Shown: positions 1-7,893 of the stretch, in pieces
How the letters are laid out: each line of letters opens with the position of its first letter
Numbering within the stretch: the stretch's first letter is position 1
Source of the DNA: Bdellovibrionales bacterium
Lineage (GTDB): Bacteria; Bdellovibrionota; Bdellovibrionia; Bdellovibrionales; UBA840
Direction of reading: 5' to 3'
Length of the DNA: 18,916 bases
NCBI GenBank assembly: GCA_037969075.1
Contig: JBBKWS010000166.1
Coordinates: 1 to 18,916, forward strand
Notes under the pieces: model-generated
What the model was told of the DNA's origin: nothing
The model's database searches: none
The model's input: only the letters and a program-made list of their open reading frames with translations
Program-made: the position numbers and the translations under genes

Positions 1-134
1 ATCCAATCGAGCCTTGCACTTTGCTCTTTCCAAAACGCATCATTGTTAGTAACTGATTGCTTATATTGTGATTCATAATCAGGTTTTGTCGTAAGAGTAG
101 TCGATCGATATTTTGAATTCGCGGGGATTTTCAT
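1..134 (-). CDS. acs: Acetyl-CoA synthetase, N-terminal fragment (continues beyond left edge)
   Basis: Manual translation from ATG at 134: MKIPANSKYRSTTLTTKPDYESQYKQSVTNNDAFWKEQSARLDW. This matches the ACAS N-terminal pattern Y..Y..S.....FW.EQ...LDW. AAAGGA SD lies 6 nt upstream. Not in the ORF track because it is truncated. Confidence 0.85.
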   Translation of the reverse strand, partial: MKIPANSKYRSTTLTTKPDYESQYKQSVTNNDAFWKEQSARLDW

Positions 135-226
135 GATAAATCCTTTCATTATAAGCGTTAGTAAGTATCATCAGCTGCTAAGAAAAAATAATCAAATAGA
201 AAGTGAGTGTTTATATAGGTGAAAAT

Positions 227-253
227 AAAAAAAGGCCTCTATGCGAGGCCTTT
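227..253 (-). terminator. Rho-independent terminator downstream of the peroxiredoxin gene
   Basis: Perfect 9-bp stem AAAGGCCTC(231-239)/GAGGCCTTT(245-253) with a 5-nt loop. On the minus strand it ends in a T7 tract, 21 nt after the ahpC stop. Confidence 0.85.
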
Positions 254-274
254 AAATATTATAGAGTATTGAAA

Positions 275-856
275 TTAGCGTTTAGCTAAGTAATCAGAAA
301 CAGATTCTTTAGTTGCTTTAATTGCCGTGTCACCTTTAGTCCAATTGGCAGGACAAACTTCGCCATTTTTTTCGAAGTGAATCAATGAATCAACCATTCT
401 CAGAGCTTCATCAACAGAACGTCCTAGTGGAAGGTCATTAACAACTTGATGTCTTACAATGCCATCTTTATCAATTAAAAATAGACCACGAAATGCAACG
501 TTACCTTCTGAAAGTACATCAAAGCTGGATGCGATTCTTCCGCCAACATCTGCAACCAATCCGTATTTAACGCCTTCGATTCCACCTTTATTTTTAGGTG
601 TGCTAAGCCATGCTAAGTGAGAAAACTGAGAATCAACAGAGCAACCTAGTACTTCAACGTTTCTTTCTTTGAACTCAGAAAGTTTGTCTTGAAATGCATG
701 AAGCTCTGTCGGACATACAAATGTAAAATCAAGTGGATAGAAAAATAGAACTACATTTTTACCGCGAAATTGAGAAAGTTTAATGTCTTTAAAATCTTGG
801 CCATATACGGCTGTTGCTGTAAAATCTGGGGCTTGTTTACCAACTAATACTGCCAT
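275..856 (-). CDS. ahpC: Typical 2-Cys peroxiredoxin (AhpC/TsaA family)
   Basis: FYPLDFTFVCPTE peroxidatic motif, GRSVDE, VCPANW resolving motif; AAGGAG SD. Confidence 0.96.
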   Translation of the reverse strand: MAVLVGKQAPDFTATAVYGQDFKDIKLSQFRGKNVVLFFYPLDFTFVCPTELHAFQDKLSEFKERNVEVLGCSVDSQFSHLAWLSTPKNKGGIEGVKYGLVADVGGRIASSFDVLSEGNVAFRGLFLIDKDGIVRHQVVNDLPLGRSVDEALRMVDSLIHFEKNGEVCPANWTKGDTAIKATKESVSDYLAKR

Positions 857-891
857 GTTTACTCCTTATGTCAGGGTTGTTTTAGGGGCTT

Positions 892-920
892 ATTATGAAA
901 AAAAATAGGTCTGTAAGCAA
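892..920 (-). promoter_or_regulatory. Sigma70-type promoter for ahpC
   Basis: Minus strand TTGCTT-N17-CATAAT upstream of the ahpC SD. Confidence 0.6.
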
Positions 921-936
921 GTAAGAATGACTAATA

Positions 937-2193
937 TTACGCGTTAGTTTGCCGAATGAGTTCATCGATATAGATAAAGGTCTTTTCTGCGTCAATTGCA
1001 AGCCGTTCTACCTTAGCGGAAAGAGATTGTTTGAATTTTTTACGAGTTTGTTCTGTTTTCCATTTTCTGATTCGGGCTAACAGATGTTTCTTGTCTTGGA
1101 TAACTTGAACAGGTTGAATCCCATCAATCCAATACTCTTGAAACTCTATGGCCTCGCGGTTATTTTTATATTTGGGCCCAACAAGAGTAAGGCAACCGTT
1201 GGCTAAGGCCTCCATTACTGAGTGTACTTGCCGTTTAAAAGAACCACCAATAAAAGCCACATCTGCGTAACTATAAAGTTCGGCCAGGTAGCCCACTTGA
1301 TCAACTACGAGTATTTCACTATTATCCCAAACAGAAATTTTAGACCACCTAGCGTAAGTTAGGCATTGGTAATCCATTTCTTCATAGATATCTTCTAAGT
1401 GCTTTTTTGTGACTTCGTGGGGCACTAAAATAATTTGAAATCCCTCGGTAAGTATATCTAAAAACGCTGGAAGTAATTTCGCTTCGTCTTTATTCCAAGT
1501 AGAGCCAAAAATCATGATGGGTTTAGTCGGTTTAATTTGGCAAGGAAGCTCTTTTTTATGTTTTAACCTATGTATTACTTGTAAGTATCTTGTGTCAGTA
1601 GCCACTTCTAGCTTTTCTATATTAAATGTTTTGAACCGGTTTGCATCATCATTGCTAACGCATATAACTAAACTGAGTTTATCTAATAATTTTTGAAATA
1701 CATATCTAGCGAAGGTATTTTTATATTTAAGATTATTATCTGATAGAGTGGCAGCGAATAAAACACAGGGAATTTTAGCGGCGTGGGTTTGAAAAAGCAT
1801 TTCTGGCCACAGATCAGTTCTAGCTACAAATAGATATTTGGGCTTAAATAGCTCTAAAAATTTTCGCACCTGTTTTTTAGTGTCGATGGGGAGTGGTATT
1901 GCTAAATCTATCTCAGTGGTTTTTTTTATACTGGCCAATGAGCTATTAGAAAAATATGTAACAATTATTTTTTCTTTTGGATGATTTTCTTTGAGCCATC
2001 TAAAGATTGGTTTAGCATATTCGATTTCCCCCGAGGAGCAATGAAACCAAAATGCATTCTTAGGAATTTCCTTATCTTTATAGGGATTTTTTCGAAGTTT
2101 AAAATACATTTTTAGTTTTGGGTGCAAAAAACGTAAGCTGTATGTAAAAATAAAAAACAGCGGAAAAAACATGTAGCGGTATACAAACATCAT
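937..2193 (-). CDS. waaA: 3-deoxy-D-manno-octulosonic acid (Kdo) transferase, GT30
   Basis: N-terminal hydrophobic anchor, WFHCSSGE (cf. WxHaaSvGE), DLWP, GSTW, ILVPHE, LAELYSYADVAFIGGSF, HSVMEA; ATGA overlap with the upstream GT9 gene. Confidence 0.9.
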   Translation of the reverse strand: MMFVYRYMFFPLFFIFTYSLRFLHPKLKMYFKLRKNPYKDKEIPKNAFWFHCSSGEIEYAKPIFRWLKENHPKEKIIVTYFSNSSLASIKKTTEIDLAIPLPIDTKKQVRKFLELFKPKYLFVARTDLWPEMLFQTHAAKIPCVLFAATLSDNNLKYKNTFARYVFQKLLDKLSLVICVSNDDANRFKTFNIEKLEVATDTRYLQVIHRLKHKKELPCQIKPTKPIMIFGSTWNKDEAKLLPAFLDILTEGFQIILVPHEVTKKHLEDIYEEMDYQCLTYARWSKISVWDNSEILVVDQVGYLAELYSYADVAFIGGSFKRQVHSVMEALANGCLTLVGPKYKNNREAIEFQEYWIDGIQPVQVIQDKKHLLARIRKWKTEQTRKKFKQSLSAKVERLAIDAEKTFIYIDELIRQTNA

Positions 2194-3191
2194 TGTAGGG
2201 ACCTCAAAATTTGTAAAACCTTCTGAGGCTTAATATCTTTCATGCATTTTTGTTGCATGGGATTTTTACAAGGGTCACTTCCATCTTTACTACAAGGTTT
2301 ACAGTGCAGTTTTATTTCGGCAACTGCTGATGTAGGTGATTTCGGATACCCAAAAGCGGTAGGACCAATCAAGGCGATGGTCGGTATTGATAGTTGGTCG
2401 GCCACATGTAAAAGGCCAGTATCGTTAGCTATTACCGTTTTTGCACGCTGTAATATGGCACAAGACTCCATCAAGGAGGTTTTTCCTCTAAAATTAATAA
2501 TAGTCTTATTTGGAATGGATGCGCAAAGAGAGTCGATAAAATGATCTTCTGTTCCTCCTAAAAATACCCAGTTCTTTGTAGTGGATAACAGCAATAAGTC
2601 TTTCCAATAAGATATTGGCCAGCGCTTCATTGGCCAGGCAGCAGAGGGGACGGCGCAAGCAAAATCTTCGTTTGGTAGTAATAGAGCAACCTTATCTGCA
2701 GTTTTTTTGGGAATAAAAAAGTGTGGCCCGGTAGCCCATGTTGTAATGCCCCATTTTTTAAGAGGATGAATAAATGCATCTTGAGCTATATAGGGTTTCG
2801 GGAATAGATTTATTTGGTATTTAAATAATAAAATACGATAGATTCTTTCTTTAGAGCGCCTAATAAACTTAGTGGCAAATAGTAATCGTCTTGGTAATAG
2901 AATCCAGCCTAAAATATGAGATCTTAAATTATTATGAGCATCATAAACGTGGGTATAGTTACTCTTAAACAGTTGCAAACATAGGGTAATGAAGCCCATA
3001 AGCTTTTGCTTTCTATCAAAGCTAATTACCGTATCAATGTACTCATGGGATTCAAGTAATTCTTTAAAGTCGCTTCTGACAAGCCAATCCACTTGTGCAT
3101 CAGGCCAGGCCGATTTTATTGTCTTTGGCGCGGCCATTGTTTGTACAATGTCTCCAAAGCTAGATAGCCTAACAATTAAAACTTTTTTCAT
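2190..3191 (-). CDS. Glycosyltransferase family 9, LPS heptosyltransferase (WaaC/WaaF-like)
   Basis: KVLIVRLSSFGDIV, KRWP, GKTSL, NDTGLLHVA, C-terminal CKPC...C...C; adjacent to waaA. Confidence 0.9.
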   Translation of the reverse strand: MKKVLIVRLSSFGDIVQTMAAPKTIKSAWPDAQVDWLVRSDFKELLESHEYIDTVISFDRKQKLMGFITLCLQLFKSNYTHVYDAHNNLRSHILGWILLPRRLLFATKFIRRSKERIYRILLFKYQINLFPKPYIAQDAFIHPLKKWGITTWATGPHFFIPKKTADKVALLLPNEDFACAVPSAAWPMKRWPISYWKDLLLLSTTKNWVFLGGTEDHFIDSLCASIPNKTIINFRGKTSLMESCAILQRAKTVIANDTGLLHVADQLSIPTIALIGPTAFGYPKSPTSAVAEIKLHCKPCSKDGSDPCKNPMQQKCMKDIKPQKVLQILRSLQ

Positions 3192-3198
3192 GTAGCGC

Positions 3199-3227
3199 AG
3201 TGTAGAGTATTTTTATTTATAAAGCTA
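3199..3227 (-). promoter_or_regulatory. Candidate sigma70 promoter giving a leaderless GT9-waaA transcript
   Basis: Minus strand TAGCTT-N17-TACACT-N7-ATG(3191); no SD upstream of the ATG. Confidence 0.45.
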
Positions 3228-3299
3228 GCTGTTGATTAAAAGCAAAGCATGTAATTCTACTTTTTCTTTTGCTTATCAATCTGTCAGACGAGGTTTCTT

Positions 3300-3328
3300 T
3301 TGCCAAAGGCTTATTCCTATTTCATACT
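3300..3328 (+). promoter_or_regulatory. Candidate sigma70 promoter giving a leaderless transcript for the hypothetical-purB unit
   Basis: TTGCCA-N17-CATACT-N8-ATG(3337); no SD before this ATG. Confidence 0.55.
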
Positions 3329-3336
3329 TACCAGAT

Positions 3337-4605
3337 ATGAGTGCTGTCTATGATGTTACAATTGTAAGCATATTTAATCGAGGTAATTGGCTTGCCAGCG
3401 AATTGTCACAATTAGGATTTAAAGTCGCCATCGTCGACCTTAGTCATTTGATGGGCAGATGGACTCCAAGTGATTGGGAGGGTCCATTTGGGATTTTTAA
3501 AACAACAGAATTGACGGAGTCCCAGATTTTCTTTTTATTTGAAGGCGAACCGATCGTTGATAGTTCAAAAGGCTATGTTATCTGGTCGAAGCAAGGTCCT
3601 ATTGAATTTATGGGACCATTGTTTGATCACCAAGTTAAAAAGGGTAATTTAAGCGGACTAGTATCAAAGTACTTGAAAAATGTTGAGGGTTTAAGTTTGG
3701 CGTCAGCGCTTGAACTTAAAAGTATAATTAAAAAATCCCATTTTTTTGAAACTTGGCCTATTCATCTGTCACATCACTTAGCCTCTGCTGTTTATCATGA
3801 AAACATTGAAGCCATTAATCACACTGATGCTTTGCCGTTATTTGCACCATTTTCGTTTAGACAGGCATCACGCGCAGGCCTTGGGGACTCATTAAGCTCT
3901 TGTGAGAAATTAGGGGTTAAGGTGTACGCCGATGCCGAAATCTTAGATGTGAATTTTAAAGAAGATGCGCTCGGCAGCATTGAGGTTTCCCAGCAAGATC
4001 GATCAGAAATTTTAAACTCTAAAAAATGGCTGTGGATGTTAAGCGGCTTAGAATCTAGTGCCCTAAAAGACAAAGTTAAAGAACAGCTTTCATTGCAAAA
4101 ACCAATTGATCCTGATTGGGCTTGGGTTCGCTTTGCTATAGATTTCACGCCGTCATATTCTTTAAAAGTTTTGCCTCCGCATTTTTTACTAATGGATGAT
4201 ATTTTTACTCCATGGGTGCATACAAACACTTTAATCTGTAACCGTACATTTAAAGACACTGAAATGGATGTATGGCTTCGCATTCCTAATGCGCAACGCT
4301 TTCAAAGGCAATATCTAGAAGAGTTACAAGTTAAAATAAAACGGCTTTTTAAAGAAAGGCTTCCTGATACAAAAATTGAGGAAGTTAGATTTCCACAAGA
4401 ATATAGCTACGGGTTCGATGAAATTGGCGCGCCTAGATTTTGTGTTTACGGCGAAAAATCTATACAAAACTTACGTCGTAAGAAAATAAAAAATTTACTT
4501 TGGATGGCTCCTGAAGACACCAAACGATTAGATTGGGCAGGGTACTTACAGCAGCAGAAAGAAGTTTTATCTAGTCTTATTAAAAAGGAAAAAGATGATC
4601 GATAG
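3337..4605 (+). CDS. Uncharacterised protein with degenerate FAD/NAD Rossmann-like N-terminus
   Basis: Start is more likely ATG 3337 than TTG 3232 given the promoter position. YDVTIVSIFNRGNWLASELSQLGFKVAIVD resembles the beta-alpha-beta of flavoproteins but lacks GxGxxG. Overlaps purB by 11 nt. Confidence 0.7.
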   Translation: MSAVYDVTIVSIFNRGNWLASELSQLGFKVAIVDLSHLMGRWTPSDWEGPFGIFKTTELTESQIFFLFEGEPIVDSSKGYVIWSKQGPIEFMGPLFDHQVKKGNLSGLVSKYLKNVEGLSLASALELKSIIKKSHFFETWPIHLSHHLASAVYHENIEAINHTDALPLFAPFSFRQASRAGLGDSLSSCEKLGVKVYADAEILDVNFKEDALGSIEVSQQDRSEILNSKKWLWMLSGLESSALKDKVKEQLSLQKPIDPDWAWVRFAIDFTPSYSLKVLPPHFLLMDDIFTPWVHTNTLICNRTFKDTEMDVWLRIPNAQRFQRQYLEELQVKIKRLFKERLPDTKIEEVRFPQEYSYGFDEIGAPRFCVYGEKSIQNLRRKKIKNLLWMAPEDTKRLDWAGYLQQQKEVLSSLIKKEKDDR

Positions 4606-5887
4606 ATACGCTAAACCAGAAATGGCTAAGTTATGGACCGTTGAGGCTAGGTTTCAAGCTCTTCTTATTGTTGAAAAGGCAGTAGCGAAAGCACAAAGTA
4701 AATTAAAAATTATTCCTCAAAAAGCATGGGCCGATATCTCAAAAAAAGCTAAATTTCAAGTGCCTAAAATTTTAGAGATCGAAAAAACAACTAAGCATGA
4801 TGTGATTGCATTTGTTACTAATGTTGCCGAAAATATTGGTCCTAATGGAAGGTATTTACACTACGGTATGACATCATCTGATGTTTTAGATACTGCGACA
4901 TCTTTACAAATTAGTGTAGCTAAAATGACTCTAGATAAGAGTATCAATGAATTAGATATAGTCTTTCGTAAATTAATAAAAAAACACGCAAAAACTCTTT
5001 GTGCGGGGCGAACTCATGGGATGCATGCTGAGCCAACTACTTTCGGTTTTAAATTAGCTGGATACCACCAAGAGTTTTTACGAAATCAAAAACGAGTAAA
5101 TGAGGCATTTAAAGAGGCTGCTGTTTGCAAAATTTCAGGGGCAGTTGGGACGTATTCATTTCAGGATCAAAGAGTTGAAATGATGGTCGCAAAAGAATTA
5201 CATTTAGGTGTAGAGCCTATAGCCACACAGGTGATTGCAAGAGATAGGCATGCCAGCCTCCTTCACTCTTTTGCAATGATGGCTGCGGGCTTTGACAGGC
5301 TAGCTATTGAGTTTAGGCATTTACAAAGAACTGAAGTGGGTGAGGTGGTAGAGGGTTTTACACCAGGGCAAAAAGGCTCAAGTGCCATGCCTCATAAAAA
5401 AAATCCCATTAGCGCAGAGAATATCTCTGGTCTCCACCGGATGTTAAAAGCCTATGCAAGTGTTAGTTATGATAATATTTCATTGTGGCACGAAAGAGAC
5501 ATCTCTCATTCATCCAACGAGCGAATCATTATTAGTGACAGCTTTATTTTACTGCACTATTTATGCACGCGCTTAAAGACTCTGCTGGCGGGGCTATATG
5601 TAAACAAAGAGAGGATGCTTGAAAATATAAATTTATCACAAGGTAATTTATTTTCTTCTCACGTTTTATTGGCTCTGATTGAAGCTGGTCTTTCTAGAGA
5701 AGATGCATATCAAAAAATACAAAGCCTATCTCATGGGTTAAAGCCTGGACAGAATTTAAAAGATGCCATTATTAAAGATAAAGAGATGTCATCGATGCTT
5801 ACTAAAAAACAAATCCAAGAGATATTCTCTGGAAAAAAACATTTAGAATCTATCGACCAGCACCTAAAAAAAATAAGCAAGATCTAA
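4595..5887 (+). CDS. purB: Adenylosuccinate lyase
   Basis: MIDRY start, TKHDVIAF, HYGMTSSD, GRTHGMHAEPTTFG, GSSAMPHKKNP signature, LWHERDISHSS. Confidence 0.98.
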   Translation: MIDRYAKPEMAKLWTVEARFQALLIVEKAVAKAQSKLKIIPQKAWADISKKAKFQVPKILEIEKTTKHDVIAFVTNVAENIGPNGRYLHYGMTSSDVLDTATSLQISVAKMTLDKSINELDIVFRKLIKKHAKTLCAGRTHGMHAEPTTFGFKLAGYHQEFLRNQKRVNEAFKEAAVCKISGAVGTYSFQDQRVEMMVAKELHLGVEPIATQVIARDRHASLLHSFAMMAAGFDRLAIEFRHLQRTEVGEVVEGFTPGQKGSSAMPHKKNPISAENISGLHRMLKAYASVSYDNISLWHERDISHSSNERIIISDSFILLHYLCTRLKTLLAGLYVNKERMLENINLSQGNLFSSHVLLALIEAGLSREDAYQKIQSLSHGLKPGQNLKDAIIKDKEMSSMLTKKQIQEIFSGKKHLESIDQHLKKISKI

Positions 5888-5918
5888 CGTAACATAATAC
5901 TTCAGGCTGAAACTTTAC

Positions 5919-5948
5919 TTTACATAAAGCTTTCCTAAAACATACAAT
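5919..5948 (+). promoter_or_regulatory. Candidate sigma70 promoter for the peptidoglycan-recycling operon
   Basis: TTTACA-N18-TACAAT followed by AGGAGAGG SD and ATG 5967. Confidence 0.5.
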
Positions 5949-5966
5949 AATTAGGAGAGGATCTTC

Positions 5967-6890
5967 ATGTATAAACTTCGTTCTATAAAAAAAGGCGATA
6001 TCGTTGATATTGTAGCGCCAAGTGGATTTGCTGATACTAAAGAAGTAAACAGGGCGGCGACCTATTTACGAAATCTTGGACTGGTCCCTAGGTTTCCGAA
6101 AGATCTAATAAAAAAAGATTTATTTTTTGCAAATACTGACAAGAGAAGAGCTCAAATCTTAAAAGCCGCGTTGACCTCGGTAGACAGTAAAGCGGTTTGG
6201 TGTTTACGGGGCGGCACTGGGGCGCAAAGACTTTTGCCCCTATTAAAAAATATAACACTCAAGCATTCTAAGTTATTCCTTGGCTTAAGTGACATTAGTA
6301 TTTTTCATCATTTAATTAATAAGAAAAATATTCCTACGATCCACGCTCCGGTTCTAACAAGAATGGGGAAGTCTAGCCAGTCAGTAAAAGAGAGAAAAGA
6401 AGTTGAGGACTTGATATTTGGTAAAAAAAGAAATCTAGAATTTTTGCATTTACGGCATGTAAACGCAAAGGCTAAAAAAACACAAATTATTCAAGGGCCT
6501 ATTGTTGGTGGAAATCTTACGGTTTTACACGGATTGATGGGTGGAGGTAAGGCTTTTTACGGAAAACACAAAATCATATTTTTAGAAGATGTGAATGAAG
6601 CGCCCTATAAAATTGATAGAATGCTGCAAGGACTTTTACAATCAGGTGCGTTTGAGAAAGCCAAGGCAGTTGTGTTTGGCGATTTTACCGGTTGTGCAGA
6701 AACTAAGTTAGATGCTAAAAATTTAAAGGAAGTTCTAAGTAGATTCAGTGAGCAGGTAAAAGTACCTGTGATTAGTGGGATCAAATCAGGACATGGGAAA
6801 ATACAAAGACCGATTATATTTCAGACAAAGTCGTACCTTTATTTAGGACGTAGACCACGGTTATTGATTCCAAGTTGTATCTATGAATAA
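5967..6890 (+). CDS. ldcA: LD-carboxypeptidase (peptidase S66, muramoyltetrapeptide carboxypeptidase)
   Basis: IVAPSG, CLRGGTG, GLSD (catalytic Ser), GGNL, FLEDVNE (Glu), SGHG (His); no signal peptide; strong SD. Confidence 0.92.
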   Translation: MYKLRSIKKGDIVDIVAPSGFADTKEVNRAATYLRNLGLVPRFPKDLIKKDLFFANTDKRRAQILKAALTSVDSKAVWCLRGGTGAQRLLPLLKNITLKHSKLFLGLSDISIFHHLINKKNIPTIHAPVLTRMGKSSQSVKERKEVEDLIFGKKRNLEFLHLRHVNAKAKKTQIIQGPIVGGNLTVLHGLMGGGKAFYGKHKIIFLEDVNEAPYKIDRMLQGLLQSGAFEKAKAVVFGDFTGCAETKLDAKNLKEVLSRFSEQVKVPVISGIKSGHGKIQRPIIFQTKSYLYLGRRPRLLIPSCIYE

Positions 6891-7893
6891 TGTAGAGAAA
6901 AAAATCATTAATCAGCTCCCCAAAAACATGAAGCCCTATGCTCCAAGTGTAAAAGTTGTGGCGTACCATGAAGGTAAAAAAATATTGGATCATGGGTGGG
7001 GTAGGGACTATAAGTATTACGACATAGCATCCCTTACAAAAATCGTATTTACGAACTCTATTTATATGGATCTAGTTCATCAAAAATCTATCTCGCTTAA
7101 AGACCCTTTAAATAAATACTTACCTTGGTTTTCTGCTGGCAGAGTCAAGATTGAAAACTTATTAAACCACACATCTGGCCTGCAATGGTGGAAGCCCTAT
7201 TATAAAAAACTACTTTTAAATCAATCCAAGGATATCAGATGGATGCAACTGCAAGAAGAGCTTTCAAAAGAGAAGGTCACCGTTTGCAAGAAAGCAGTGT
7301 ATTCGGACCTTGATTATTTCTTTTTAGGTTTTATTTTACAGAAAGTTTTTAACAAATCTCTTGAAGAGGTTTGGGGCGCATCAAGGTTAGGGGATTTTCA
7401 TTTTAACGTTGATAACCAGCTACTATACAAAAAAGCAATGTATGCCCCAACAGAAAAATGCTCGTGGAGAAAAAAGATTCTGCAAGGAGAAGTTCATGAT
7501 GAAAATGCTTGGGCCCTTGGTGGAGTCTCGACACATGCAGGTTTATTTTCTACAATAGAAGGGGTCGTAAATTACGGTCTTAACTTACGAGAGCAATTCT
7601 ATGATCACCCTAAATTATTGGATCCCTTTTTTAAAAAAACCACTAATAAGGGTGAATGGACACTAGGATTTATGCAACCAAGTCCTAATGGCTCAAGTAG
7701 CGGTAAATATTTTTCACCGCTTTCTATCGGTCACACTGGATTTACAGGGACTTCGCTTTGGTTTGATCCCAAGCGTGATTTGTTAGTTTGTATTTTATCT
7801 AACAGGGTTTATCCAAGCCGCAACAATAGAAAATTCGTAGGTCTTAGACCGTTGATACATGATGCGATAGTTAAAGGAGTTACGAATGTCTAG
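6883..7893 (+). CDS. Serine hydrolase, beta-lactamase class C-like fold (AmiE/NamA/YbbE-like)
   Basis: ASLTK (SxxK), LLNHTSGL, YSD, GEVHDENA, HAGLFS, GHTGFTGTS; no signal peptide; 8-nt overlaps with ldcA and mpl. Confidence 0.85.
   Translation: MNNVEKKIINQLPKNMKPYAPSVKVVAYHEGKKILDHGWGRDYKYYDIASLTKIVFTNSIYMDLVHQKSISLKDPLNKYLPWFSAGRVKIENLLNHTSGLQWWKPYYKKLLLNQSKDIRWMQLQEELSKEKVTVCKKAVYSDLDYFFLGFILQKVFNKSLEEVWGASRLGDFHFNVDNQLLYKKAMYAPTEKCSWRKKILQGEVHDENAWALGGVSTHAGLFSTIEGVVNYGLNLREQFYDHPKLLDPFFKKTTNKGEWTLGFMQPSPNGSSSGKYFSPLSIGHTGFTGTSLWFDPKRDLLVCILSNRVYPSRNNRKFVGLRPLIHDAIVKGVTNV

Noticed and set aside
898..905. A8 tract in the ahpC promoter spacer as a phase-variation site
   Set aside because: 8-nt A/T runs occur elsewhere in this AT-rich window (waaA, yihY) and are short for slipped-strand switching.
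3232..3336. 35-aa N-terminal extension from TTG 3232
   Set aside because: No SD; it spans a good promoter match, and the domain-like sequence starts at Met 3337.
1514..4283. Antisense ORFs 1514-1696, 2242-2544, 2989-3195 and 3819-4283
   Set aside because: They lie opposite well-supported genes and have no motifs; typical shadow ORFs.
6883..7893. Antibiotic-resistance beta-lactamase call
   Set aside because: No signal peptide, YSD/HTG rather than AmpC YxN/KTG motifs, and a peptidoglycan-recycling context.
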